Part shown: piece by piece, positions 27,839 to 38,887 of the stretch
Layout of the letters: each line of letters opens with the position of its first letter
How positions within the stretch are numbered: position 1 is the stretch's first letter
Origin: the human T2T-CHM13v2.0 reference genome, Homo sapiens
Reading direction: 5' to 3' (one strand)
NCBI RefSeq assembly: GCF_009914755.1
Contig: NC_060926.1
Length of the DNA: 64,000 nucleotides
The notes under the pieces: generated by a model
The model's database searches: none
What the model saw: the letters and a program-made list of their open reading frames with translations, nothing else
What the model was told of the DNA's origin: nothing
Made by a program: the position numbers and the translations under genes

Positions 27839-28162
27839 CAGTGGTCCCCAACCTTTTTGGCACCAGGGATTGGTTTCATGGAAAACAATTCTTCCATGGA
27901 TGGGGGAGATGGTTTGGGATGAAACTGTTTCACCTCAGATCATCAGGCATTATTAGTTAGATTCTCACAGGAGCGCACAACCTAGATCCCTCGCATGCGC
28001 AGTTCACAATAGGGTTCGCGCTCCTGTGGGAATCCAGTGCCGCTGCAGATCTGACAGGAGGCGGAGCTCAGGTGGTAAAGCTCACTTACCTGCCGCTCAC
28101 CTCCTGCTGTGCGGTCTACTTCCTAACGGGACGGTCCGCAGCTCCGAGGCTGGGGACCCCTG
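27839..28162 (+). mobile_element. MER1B (hAT-Charlie), complete
   Basis: CAGTGGTCCCCAACCTTTTTGGCACCAGGGA...GGCTGGGGACCCCTG; 8-bp TSD CTTTAACA/CTCTAACA. Confidence 0.93.
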
Positions 28163-28609
28163 CTCTAACACACCAGATAGAGTTTTTTCCAACTCTGTTT
28201 TGTATTTGATACAGATTTAAATCAACAAATATTATTGGGCACTGAGCTGGGTGATGAAGGAATTACAGGTGCTGACAAAGTGCACTGCTCAGCACCAATC
28301 CTCAGATCTCAAGGTCCGGTCTTCTTCTGGGAACCTCAGACAGCCAAGGCCAGGCTCACTCTCTAGAGTCCCAAGGACAGGACCAGTTCCAGTTGAGAGG
28401 CTTGGCACAAGTCACTTCCGCTCTTTTCAACCCTCCTTGCTAGGTTTTTCTTAGACAATTTACTTCTTCAATACTTGAATATCTGAAAAGTCACACCATA
28501 TTGGGTAATACAGATTATCAATGTGATTTGAATTAGCTACTCCGAAGTAAGGAAAACTGAAAGGCAGTTTAATGATTGTTTTCATCTGTCCAAGCAGGCA
28601 ATCTGACAG

Positions 28610-28780
28610 GAGGAGATACCTAGAAGAACATTGGACTGGGAGTCAGAGATGTGCCCTAGTGTTGACTTTGGCACGAACTCACTTGTGATATGATGTGAAC
28701 TTTGAGTGTCTTAGGTTTCCCATATGAAGAAAAAGAGGCTCAGCAGATGGCCAAGTCCTTTTCAGTGTTATCTTTATAAA
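28610..28780 (+). mobile_element. MIR/MIR3 fragment
   Basis: AGAAGAACATTGGACTGGGAGTCAGAGATG. Confidence 0.5.
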
Positions 28781-29374
28781 GCAAGTGTTAAAAAGTTTCT
28801 TTATGGTATCAGCTTCTAAATATTGGGTAGGTGATAAAAGTTAATTAGAAATGCTCCACATGACTTAAAATAGACTTCTGTCTCAAAATGAATGCTTTAG
28901 AACTATGTATTCTTATAAATGTGCCCTGTAAGGTCTACATAAGACTTTCCTCTGGAAGTCACTCTCAATCTTGAACGTCTAATGAAATGTATTTATTAGT
29001 AAATGATGTGCTAATGCATGGTATCATTCTAATGCAACGTGTCTGTTGAGCAGAAATCTCACTCGTGAGGAAATTGTGATGCTAAATTCCTGATGTAAAT
29101 ATGTCTCTTTCCAGCTGTGTGATCTTGGCAAGTCAGTTGGCCTTCTTGGGTCTTATGTGTCCTCCTAAGTTTGCTATCTAAATACAGAAATTTTCTTAGA
29201 TATCATTCAGGAAATTTCTAGAGAAAACTGAAAATACAGGAAAACACTTTGTAGTCAAGGGCAAGTGAGACACTACGCCAATAGTATATATGTATATATT
29301 AGGAAAAAACCTTCAGATATATGGTTTGTTCTACATGCAAAAGAGAAATAGTCTTTCACAACTTTGAAATGGTG

Positions 29375-29547
29375 GTTCTCCCTCACATAGGATCTCAGGG
29401 CCATTGTTCACTGGGTAAGGCTCTACTCAGCCTACCCTGGTCCCTTCACAGGAAAGCCTGCATTGATTACCCACTGGCTATGCTGCACAGCCAGCTGTGG
29501 TCCCCGCTTCCTCCACCTCACTTCCAGGCTCCCGATAGAGAGGAGTC
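29375..29547 (+). repeat. Short paired duplication 2, copy a (inverted relative to 32075-32249)
   Basis: Shares CAGGAAAGCCTGCATTGATTA and ACCTCACTTCCAGGCTCC with the reverse complement of 32075-32249; about 85% identical. Confidence 0.95.
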
Positions 29548-29550
29548 CCA

Positions 29551-29795
29551 GGCATTCCCGCCTGAGCCATACCTCCTGTCAGATCTGTGGCAGCATTAGA
29601 TTCTCATAGGAGCACGAACCCTGTTGTGAACTGCACATGGGAGGGATATAGGTTGCAAGCTTTTTGTGAGAATCTAACTAATGCCCGATGACCTGAGGTG
29701 GAACCGTTTCATCCCAAAACCATCCCCCCAACATCTGTGGAAAAATTGGCTTCCAGGAAACCAGTCCCTGGTGCCAAAAAGGCTGGGGACTGCTG
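29551..29795 (-). mobile_element. MER1B, truncated (one end missing)
   Basis: CCTCCTGTCAGATCTG...TAGATTCTCATAGGAGC...CCCTGGTGCCAAAAAGGCTGGGGACTGCTG; similarity to the 27839 copy stops at ~29551. Confidence 0.92.
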
Positions 29796-30042
29796 CTGTA
29801 CAGGTCTCCATGATGTCCTGAGGTGCATAATTTGAAATAATTATTTCAATGTGCTAAATCTACTAAAATTTAGCACTTACTTTTAAGTAGTAATACTGGC
29901 AGTACCCTACTTTTGGACATAATGCATTTCCAAAAACGTGCTTGAAATTTAAGTGTGTAAAGACGGAATAAAAGACTCCATGTTTTAAGAATGGGGAATG
30001 TCCATTTCCAGAGTTAAACATTTTAATTGATTCTATGATTAG

Positions 30043-30690
30043 TTCATTCAGTCAGTCAATATATGTTAAATGAGCACATGCTATGTGCCAGGTACTATGC
30101 TAGGTATTGGGGAAATTGCAGGGAACAAAACATGTAAAAACCCCTGCCTTCATGGACTTACTTACATTCTGGGGATGAATGGAGGAAACAGAAATAGACA
30201 AAATAAAAGAGAAGTGTGTTTAGGCTCTGCACAATGGCTCATGGGACCTGTAATCCCAATGCTTTGGGAGGCTAAGGCAGGAGGACCCCTTGAGGTCAGG
30301 AGTTCCAGACTCCATCTCTATAATTTTTTTTTTTTTTTTTTTTTGTAATTAGCCAGGTGTGGTGGCACTCGCCTGTAGTCCCAGCTACTCAGTAAGCTGA
30401 AGCGTGAGGATCATTTGAGCCCAGGAGTTCGAGGCTGCAGTGAGCTGTGATTGTGCCACTGTACCTCAGCCTGGGTGACAGAGAAAGACCTTGTCCAAAA
30501 AAAAAAAAAAAAAAAAAGACAAAGAGATGGGAATTTTCTTTATTAAGAGGCAATACATGAGAGAAAATAAGCATGGGGGAATAGGGTGTGTGTGTGTGTG
30601 TGTGTGTGTGCACATGAAGGGTGCAATTTTTGGTAAAGGGGTTCAGAAAGGTCTCTGTGAAGAGGTGATGTGTGTGAGAGTCTGAAAGGC
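30043..30690 (-). mobile_element. L2 3' end interrupted by AluJ and a (TG)n tract
   Basis: TTCATTCAGTCAGTCAATATATGTTAAATGAGCACATGCTATGTGCCAGGTACTATGCTAGG; resumes after the Alu with CAGAAAGGTCTCTGTGAAGAGGTGATG. Confidence 0.75.
30223..30517 (+). mobile_element. AluJ with internal deletion and a T21 tract in place of the A-rich linker
   Basis: J-type right arm GAGGATCATTTGAGCCCAGGAGTTCGAGGCTGCAGTGAGCTGTG; linker reads TATAAT21GTA. Confidence 0.93.
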
Positions 30691-31964
30691 AAAGATGGCT
30701 GATGGATCCCAGCTACCTAGTATTAATATGTAACTTCATTTCCATACCAAGAAAGTTTCATGCTGAGGAAGTTCCTAGAGCTGGACTCAGAAAGGAAATG
30801 GTGCTAAAACTCACTGTCTTCTCACACCATGCAGAAGCCGGCCAGCCGGCAGAGAGGCTGAAGGGTGATTCCCCATGAGCGTCTTTTGTGGGCAGCTCTG
30901 ATGGATGCCACAGACCAAGGAATCCAAAAAAGGCTTATAACACAGTTAGAAAACAGGGTTTTTGGCAACTTCTGGGGGAGCTGAATATATCCTAACTCAG
31001 CAATTTCCTTTTCTCTTAGCTGCCAGTTTGCTTGCCTGTGCATTATGTGTACACTCACCATTCTCCACAAAGGGCCCTGCCGTTCTCTGTGTGGTCAGGC
31101 AGGGGCCTGTGGTGCCTTCCCTACTCCTGTCTGCCCTCTCTTCTCAGTTTCAGGAGGTGTTGGGTTCCCAGGTCTAAATGATGACCAACCCAGCAATGCT
31201 AAAGAGAGAATGTATTATTAGAGCTCTGGATCACTTGCTTGTTTCTTTCCCATGTTATGCAGTCAAGTAATAATGTCCTTTTATAGAACAAGAAATAAAA
31301 ATATTTAAAAAATGAAATGAAAGTTCAGCTGGTAAGAACCATAACTGTAATACTGAATGAGTAGCTCCAGGTATCACTTTTTTTGAAGTATGAGGTCTGC
31401 TTATCTACCCTCACCCCCGGGAGCCTAGCCAGCAGCACAGAATTATTTAGACTCTCCCTAATTTGCTCGCCTACTTCATGTCATGGCCAGGACTAGCCTT
31501 CTGCCAAGGCAATCTTGTGAGTTTTAGCATGCAGGGAATATGTCTCTCTAACCTACTTTCTGAGGCCACTCATTCCATTCCCTAATTCCCCGATATTAAA
31601 AAGATGTCCCCAGAGAGGTAAAAATTGACCTAAAATTAGCTTCTGTGTAAAAGACTGATCTTAGATAAGAGCAGATTGCGTTGGGGAAAAAAAGGCCCCA
31701 GTGTTGGATAGAAGAGGGTGGGAGGGAAGAGACTCAGGGCCTGAGGCATAAGGAGCAGAGCATTGTTTGGAAGGACAGCAGCACCTGCTTCATTGTTTTG
31801 CTCCAAGCCAGCCTCAAGGCAAGAAGGAACTGTGATTAGAGGAAGAAGGTGACAGACTTTGGAAGGGAATGTATGGAAGTGGAAAGCAACATTGGCTCTG
31901 CTGTGTTCCCTGAAAGCCTCTTAGAGTCTGTAAGCACCCCAGGACATCTTGGAGCCCTGGACAC

Positions 31965-32040
<76 letters not shown>
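31965..32040. repeat. Compound (GA)n(GT)n microsatellite
   Basis: Read directly. Confidence 0.97.
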
Positions 32041-32042
<2 letters not shown>

Positions 32043-32074
32043 CAGCTCCGGAGGCAGAGGGTGGAGGCAGCTCA

Positions 32075-32249
32075 GACTCCTCTCCACGAGGAGCCTGGAA
32101 GTGAGGTAGAGGAAGATGGTGACCACACCTAGCTGTTCAGTATAGCCGCTGGATAATCAATGCAGGCTTTCCTGCTGAAAGAACCAGGGTGGGCTGAGCA
32201 GGGCTTCACCCAGTGCACCATGGCCCTGAGGTCCTGTGTGAGGAAGAAC
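32075..32249 (-). repeat. Short paired duplication 2, copy b
   Basis: Reverse complement aligns to 29375-29547. Confidence 0.95.
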
Positions 32250-32292
32250 AGGGAGAGCTGTTTGTTCAAGGCAGCTAAGAAGAATACAACTG

Positions 32293-32505
32293 CAAGTATA
32301 ATCTAAGCAAACCCAGCTGGGGTAAGATAAAGTCAGTGTTGTCACTGGGAAAACTGAGAGGCATGGTGATGTCAAAGAGTAAGGCTGCAAACAGGAAAGT
32401 TGAAAATAGGGTGGGACGGGGCAAGGAAGAATCTGGGGTAAGAATTCAGAAATATGTTGGTTATAACAGGTAGCATGGTTAGGGGATTTGGGAGAGTCTG
32501 GAGCA
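32293..32505 (-). repeat. Short paired duplication 3, copy a (inverted relative to 34889-35102)
   Basis: Shares TGCAAACAGGAAAGTTGAAAATAGGGTGGGAC with the reverse complement of 34889-35102; about 22 differences in 214 bp. Confidence 0.96.
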
Positions 32506-32572
32506 GGACAGAGAGTGAGTACCAGGATCTTCTGGGCAAGCCCAGGGCTGACCACAAGAAAGGGGTTTGGAA

Positions 32573-32842
32573 TCTCTCCCAAAGCATGTTTCAGAGCATA
32601 GTAGTCCAGTGAGATGAGCTGCTCCATAAAAAGGCTCCCCTGCACCCCATTAAAAAGGAATTGTTGAGACTGCAGCCTGCACTCTTCTTACAGATTCATT
32701 AGTGTAGAAAAGCTCCAAGAAGTCCTGAAACAAACCTCTTTAGCTTTACTTAACCCATAATTTCGCCAATAAATTCGACCTTGGACCCCTTTTCTTATGT
32801 TATACATATTCCATTCCTAGCAACACACTTTGGGAAACACTG
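32573..32842. mobile_element. hAT-Charlie MITE (MER103C-like)
   Basis: AAGCTCCAAGAAGTCCTG...TTTAGCTTTACTTAACCCA...AACACACTTTGGGAAACACTG terminal repeat. Confidence 0.65.
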
Positions 32843-34209
32843 TTTAATGGCTCTTTCCCCTGGTCTGGTTGTAATGGCCACCCACCTGAAGTCCCCGGTC
32901 ATGAAGGTGATGCCTGCAGACCCCTTGCTATAAAGTAGAGGTCTCCTTGCCTTCCTGACGTCCAGGCCCACAGAAAGGCATGGACACTATTCATATCCTC
33001 TCCCCTCACTGTCCTTGTATGCATTTGGGTGTCTGTTGAAATGGAGCTCAGAGAACATCAACAACCTACCATATTGGCTTGAGAAATTATTACAACTATG
33101 TTATAAGAACATCTTTGATCTACTGAGAAAAATATTTTTCTTATAGCTGGAGAGGTATATCCTTTTCTCCCAACTTCCTACCTGTACTTTTTAAATCTGG
33201 AGGGTTTTTTTTTCCTTACTGTGATTCTTGATGCTACCTCAAGGTGTGACTGTCAGTTAGCTATAGTTTATTGCCAGCTGATGCTGGCTAACAGACCATG
33301 AACCATTGATAGCTAATATCCTTAGTTACATCTCACCCCTCCTGAATACAGGAGTTGAATTGCTAAATTTCTTTTTCCAAAGGACATTGATTAAAGGAGT
33401 TGACAAAGCCACTTGAATGCAAAATTTCCAACTGTCTAAAATGAAAAGCTTTCTCGATCTTCATGTCTTGGACTGGGGAGAAGGTTTATTTTCCTACTGT
33501 GTGTAAATAATGGATTTTGCCTTTTCTGGAAATCCATCATCAAAGAGTATGTTGAATACTCAAACAATGGCAGTCTAAATTGTCCTGCAGTGACACTAAC
33601 TAGGTGGAACTAATTCAGAAATGTGCAGGGAGCATGATGAGGATAACTTCGTGTGTGGGGAAGAAGCAACATGCCTCACCTGCCTCCATCATAGCTTAGC
33701 GTGGCTCAGGACAAATGCTGCCTCATCCAAAGCTGCCCAGGAAATATAGAATCCTCATTATAAATTACAGTCAGCTTTGTTTTTTCTTTTTCTTGCTTTC
33801 TTCCTTTTTTGAAGAGGCTCTTTGTCAGAGAATGTCAAAGCTCAAATACTTTTTACTCATTTTCTTGCTGAGAGCTGCAAGCGTAACCAGCAGCAACAGC
33901 CAGTAATTAATCATAGCTCTGGAGATGGGAGCACACGTTCAAAGACATTTTCAACCCACTGAAAGACGTCATGGGTTTAAAATTCTGCATAGAGCAGAAT
34001 CTCTGGAATGAGGCTTTACATTCTTGCTGATTTTGATGTACCTACCGAGTGTGGCCAAAGGTGGCTCTTGGTAAGACATTAGAGGTTACAGAATTCCTCA
34101 GGAAGCATCTAGTGTGGGCTAACATCTCTGGAGCCCAGTAGGGAAAAACCAGAAGATGGGCAGAGATAAGCAAGTGACACCAGGCAAAATATTAGGTGAG
34201 TATTTTGCT

Positions 34210-34780
34210 TATGACCTTTTGTTGCAGTGAACCAAGATTTACAAGTTATGCAAGGGATTTATTGCAAAGATGCTTGTGGAACAGCATTGGAAATGGAAAA
34301 TGCTTAGGGTTGGAGATAGTTCTAGAAATCACCTAGCTTCTCTGTTGCTCTCAGGAGACAGAGAACTGCCCTCTATTAGTGGATCTAATTACTTAATGAT
34401 GACTTCTGTCATCACCATTCTAGTCCCTCTGTGGACTGGCCTAAACTTCCCCTTCCTTGTAACTTCAGCTTGCACATGTTCCTTTTTGCTCCATCCTGTC
34501 TCCAACGTCCTTTTAAAACTTCAACTCTTATTACTAACTGGCTCATTCTCTTGGCATTTTCATAGTTCATATTCCCAAGAGAGCAAATTTAGTTGGTTCA
34601 GATTACAGTTAGGGGATGGGCTGCATCATTGGTTGCTGGCCAGCCTATGGATGGCTTGCCTCGGGGTCAGGTGCTCATCCCTGTTCTAATCAACTGTGAC
34701 CAGGTAGAGTAGGGTTACAGTGTTTAACACAAGCTCCTCTAGACCTGCCCCTTCAGCAGGACTGTGATCAAGGCAGGCAC
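34210..34780 (-). mobile_element. Old MaLR LTR (MLT1L/N-like)
   Basis: GGCCAGCCTATGGATGGCTTGCCTCGGGGTCAGGTGCTCATCCCTGTTCTAATCAACTGTGACCAGG. Confidence 0.55.
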
Positions 34781-34888
34781 AGTGATTGACATCTGAGGTC
34801 ACCCTGTATTCCTATTCCATAATTAATGAGGTGTCTTTAGGCAGCTCATGTTATACTCATCCACAAGCCCACACAACTATCATGTCAG

Positions 34889-35102
34889 TGCTGCAGACTC
34901 TCCCAAATCCCCTAGTCATGCTACCTCTTGTAACCAACTTATATCTGAATTCTTACCGCAGATTCTTTCTTGGCCCTGTCCCACCCTATTTTCAACTTTC
35001 CTGTTTGCATTCTTACTCTTTGACATCATCATGCCTCTCAGATTTCCCAACGACAATATTGACTTCATCTTACCCCAACTGGGTTTGCCTAGATTATACT
35101 TG
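34889..35102 (+). repeat. Short paired duplication 3, copy b
   Basis: About 90% identical to the reverse complement of 32293-32505. Confidence 0.96.
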
Positions 35103-35104
35103 TG

Positions 35105-35880
35105 TCACAGTCTAAATAAATCTCTAATCTGTTCAGTTCTTCCCATCATAATGACCACTATCCTACTGAAGGCCATAATTACTCCTTAACTAGTACCCCT
35201 GCTAACAATCCCATGGCCCTCCAATCTTGCATTCATCTTTTCTTTTTTCTTCTTTTTTTTTGAGATGGAGTCTTGTACTGTTGCCCAGGCTGGAGTGTGT
35301 GACATGATCTCGGCTCACGGCAACCTCCGCCTCCTGGGTTCCAGCAATTCTCCTGCCTCAGCCTCCTGAGTAGCTGGGATTACAGGGGCCTGCCACCACA
35401 CCCAGCTAATTTTTGGTATTTTTAGTTGAGATGGGGGTTTCAACATGTTGGCCAGGCTGGTCTTGAACTCCTGACCTTGTGATTTGCCCGCCTCAGCCTC
35501 CCAAAATGCTGGGATTACAGGCATGAGCCACCGCACCCGGCCCTTTGCATTCATCTTTCAATGATATGAATCTTTTTGTGCTTTCAGCATTCAATGGCTC
35601 CCTTTGCCCACAGGTTAGAGTCTAATTCCTTGATGTGGTTTCAGAGGTTGACAGGCTTCCATAATTGCCTGGTCCCTGCCAGCCTCTTCCCATATCTGCT
35701 CTCCTAGCCACCCTCCTTTGCTTTATATGCTCCCCCTTACTCAACTCCTGTGTGTTTCTTATACATGCTGCACTCTCTCTTGACTTGGGGCCTTTGTACC
35801 TGTTTTTCCCTTTGCCCATTTTTCAACTCTCCTCCTTCTCAGCTGAAAGTTCATTTCCCCAGACATTTCTTACTCCCTAG
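35105..35880 (+). mobile_element. L2 fragment interrupted by Alu
   Basis: TTCAATGGCTCCCTTTGCCCACAGGTTAGAGTCTAATTCCTTG...GGGCCTTTGTACCTGTTTTTCCC. Confidence 0.6.
35241..35542 (-). mobile_element. Alu (AluSg-like), full length
   Basis: GGCCAGGCTGGTCTTGAACTCCTGACCTTGTGAT; TSD TTGCATTCATCTTT at 35227-35240 and 35545-35558. Confidence 0.95.
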
Positions 35881-37434
35881 ATGGGTGCAGTGAGGATGAG
35901 GAGCTCATCTGCTACGTTTGCAGCTGTATTCCTGCACTGGCGCAGATGGCGCATGGGGGGTGCTCTCTGAATGTTTCTTCTTCTTGTGATGTTAAATCTC
36001 AGTGCTCCAAGAAATTATCACTTCTGTGTGGGAATCAAAATGAAGGCAGCTAAAAGGAGTGATTGGAGAAAGGGAAAAGAGGAAACAAGTGAAGTGAAAT
36101 AGAGGGGTATGTAGTATAATGATTTTGAAAAACTCACAGAGTATAGAAGGACCCCTGAAGGAAAAAAAAGATCTATGAACTTTGATTGCTGAAAGAAATA
36201 TGCAGCTCCCAGAAGGATCACTGAGATCAAAGGACTTTGCTGAGGAATCCATCTCAAGGCTATTTAGCCATTAACAAAGCAGGATTTTGGCTCTGGATTA
36301 ATTTCTTTAGCAAAGAGAAGTTCAACTCTTTTCTGAAATCTTTGGAATAGCTGTGGTAGTTCTAATGGGTTATGAATCCAGGCACCTGTTACCTGGGGCT
36401 TCCTGGGACAGTTTGCATTCCAAGGTGCAGTCTACCACTCCCAGTGTCCAGAGCTCTCTAGTGTTTCTTGATAAAGGTTCACAGACACCTGCAGAATAGT
36501 TTATTTGCCCTTTAAGTAACTTAGCCTGTGCTTTCCTCCTTGTGCTCTGCCCTTGGAACTCAGAGGAGAGAAAAGGGCTGGCAACCTTGTTGCACCTCTG
36601 TGAAGGAGACAGGCTCAGCTCTCTCTGACATGAACTTTCTCTAGGACAGTCCTATAGCCATATCTGTTATCTCTACTCTACTGGCACAGGGTAGGTAGTG
36701 AGTTTCCACAATAGCTGCCTGAGCATGCAAGTGACACCATTCTCCCATAGGTTTGAATGTGAGAGTCTAGATTTCTGAGGTGGCAAAATACACTGGAAAC
36801 CAAAATGAGAATGGCCACTGCATGGTATTTAGCCAGTGAGAGATAGGGCAGGAGAGGAAGATGGCAAGTGGCTAGTCAGTAATGCAGCACCTCAAAATCC
36901 ATTTTCTTTAGGCACACAAATTAGCCACACACCCCCAGTGGAATCCTTTCCTACCAATGGCAGATGGTGATCACAGAACACAGTTTTGCCCCAACCTAGG
37001 AAGGAGAAGTTGGCTGAAATAAACATGTATTGCAAGAACCTGGGATTCATCTCCTTTGATGGGGTCAAAGAAGGAAGAAATTGCTCCTGGAAGACACGAA
37101 AGGCTTGCAGACCACACCCCACCACCATGTCCTTCCTACCCTGCCTCCCAATGTCCTACCAGCCTGGAAAGCAGCTTTTGTCCTTCCATCCAAAGGCAGT
37201 GGTGGCCCATCAGAAAAGCAAGGATCCAAGTTCTTTATTTTCCTGACAGCTCAGTCTGGAGAGATGCAGGATCATCCTCTCCTTGCATTCCAATCTGAGA
37301 CTGATACAAGTAAACATACACTGCATCATTTAAGTCTTCTTTTTTTTCCTATTTTTCTCTGAAAACAAAACAAAACAAAACAAACAAAAACCAAGTTGGG
37401 TTACCTATCCGAACCTTTTTTTTTTAATCTGCAA

Positions 37435-37593
37435 AATTAGAGGATTGCAAAATTTTTGAATTTTTTTATCTGCAAAATTTATTGAAAATTTTCCTATGAG
37501 AGCTATTTCTAATGCCCTATTTCATTTCATATAAAATAGTCAGAGGCCACAGGACAGAGAAGGAAACACATTATTTTCACTGATAGGCTATCA
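37435..37593 (+). repeat. Short paired duplication 4, copy a (direct)
   Basis: Ungapped alignment to 38888-39046 with 11 mismatches in 159 bp. Confidence 0.97.
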
Positions 37594-38150
37594 AATAAGA
37601 AGAGTAATGAGGATTTGGGTGCAGGGTGCACAACAAGCCTGACTTACAGACACAAGATGCCCAATTAAATGGTGGCCTCCCCAAGGTCACAGCCTCCTTC
37701 CTGGTGGTGTCACCTCTCCCCTCTGCTCCTGGTACTCTATAATGCCATGTGTGTCCTGGACTCCCTGACAGCTGTTGACTTAACTCTTCACAGACTTTGT
37801 TTATTTTTCTCCAAGTTGGATTATAGACCTAAGGCCAAGCGGGTGGAGACACAGGATTGCCGTAGATATTTGCATTCATTCTTTTCTCGTCATCACTGTT
37901 TAGACCAACATGTCTGGTGAAAGTGAGATTTATGAAGAGCCGCCCTCCTTTTGGCTGCCTGGCTTCCTTGCTCACAGTCGGGCTGCCTTGGGATGTTGAT
38001 TTTTGTTCTTTTGCCATTGTTTCCAGGCTCCCTATTTCTAATTTCTTTTTTCAGAGGCTGACGCAGTTATTTCCACCTCAAGTGCTTGGCCCTGCTCTCC
38101 AGCTATGGGCTTCGTAACCCATGGCAACAAGGGAAGGGAAGCAGGTGATC

Positions 38151-38217
38151 GCACACAACACACATGCACATACACACGCGCGCGCACACACACCCACCCA
38201 CACACACACACACACAC
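38151..38217. repeat. Imperfect (CA)n tract with a CGCGCGCG core
   Basis: ACACACGCGCGCGCACACACAC alternating purine-pyrimidine. Confidence 0.9.
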
Positions 38218-38887
38218 TCGCATGCAACATATTCTCCCCAACCCCCTTCTTTGACTCTGGCAGTCCTGCATGGGGCCCACAGAGGGAGGAGGCTTTCCTG
38301 GCTGCAGTGCCAATTAGACACACAGGCCTCGTGGTGCTGGGCGCTCAGGGCTTCCGGGTCACAATGCAGCAGTTGCGGTGGAGCAGCGTGGCCTCTCCTT
38401 CTGAGTGCTCCAACTCCTCGTATTTCTCTGGGGCAGCAAAGTAAAATCCGACCTTGCACACACAGAAATGCCTTCACAACAGTCCATTTCCTGCTAGCTG
38501 GGAACCTTATTTTATGTCATAATGGCGATTGGCAGAATTATGCCTGTTAGTAATAGGCACAACTACTTACATATATTTACAGTAAGAAGACTTTTTTTCA
38601 CATGATTTTACAAAGGTAAATGATAATTAAGTTATTTAAAAGCTAAACTCTCACTCCTCTGCCTCCATCCCATATTTACAAGTCCTGGGAAGCTTCAAAC
38701 CAGTTCAACAATTTTCTGTTCCTTGCCAAATTTTCTAGCTGGTTTTACCAAAGGATTGAAGGAATCAAGGGATGGACTTAAGCTCAAGTGGTAAAAATCC
38801 CTTTTCTGTCCACAGACTAGAAATACGTGATGACTGCATTCTCATCTGACTTAGTCAAGACTGGTGGTAGTAGGTTAATAAAAGATT

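Noticed and set aside
27839-29795. Two inverted MER1B copies as a composite transposon or a local duplicate
   Set aside because: The first copy has its own TSD, the outer flanks are unrelated and there is no transposase between them; independent insertions are simpler
29483-29803. Apparent 8-bp TSD CTGCACAG/CTGTACAG with TIR-like CAGCTGTGGTCCCC, which would make the second MER1B complete
   Set aside because: 29483-29547 aligns continuously with the duplicated segment at 32075-32249 (CTGAACAGCTAGGTGTGGTCACC), not with MER1B; treated as coincidence, although it could reflect microhomology used in the rearrangement
32157-35189. Similar ORFs on opposite strands (32157-32645 - versus 34848-35189 +; 32372-32587 - versus 34786-35115 +) sharing DSPKSP...ISEFLPQIL, suggesting a duplicated gene
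   Set aside because: Similarity is confined to the 214-bp DNA duplication, a 1-bp indel shifts the frame between copies, and no protein family is recognisable
35936-35954. CTCF-like GCAGATGGCGC
   Set aside because: Lacks the 5' CCA/CCG of the core motif (reads GGC)
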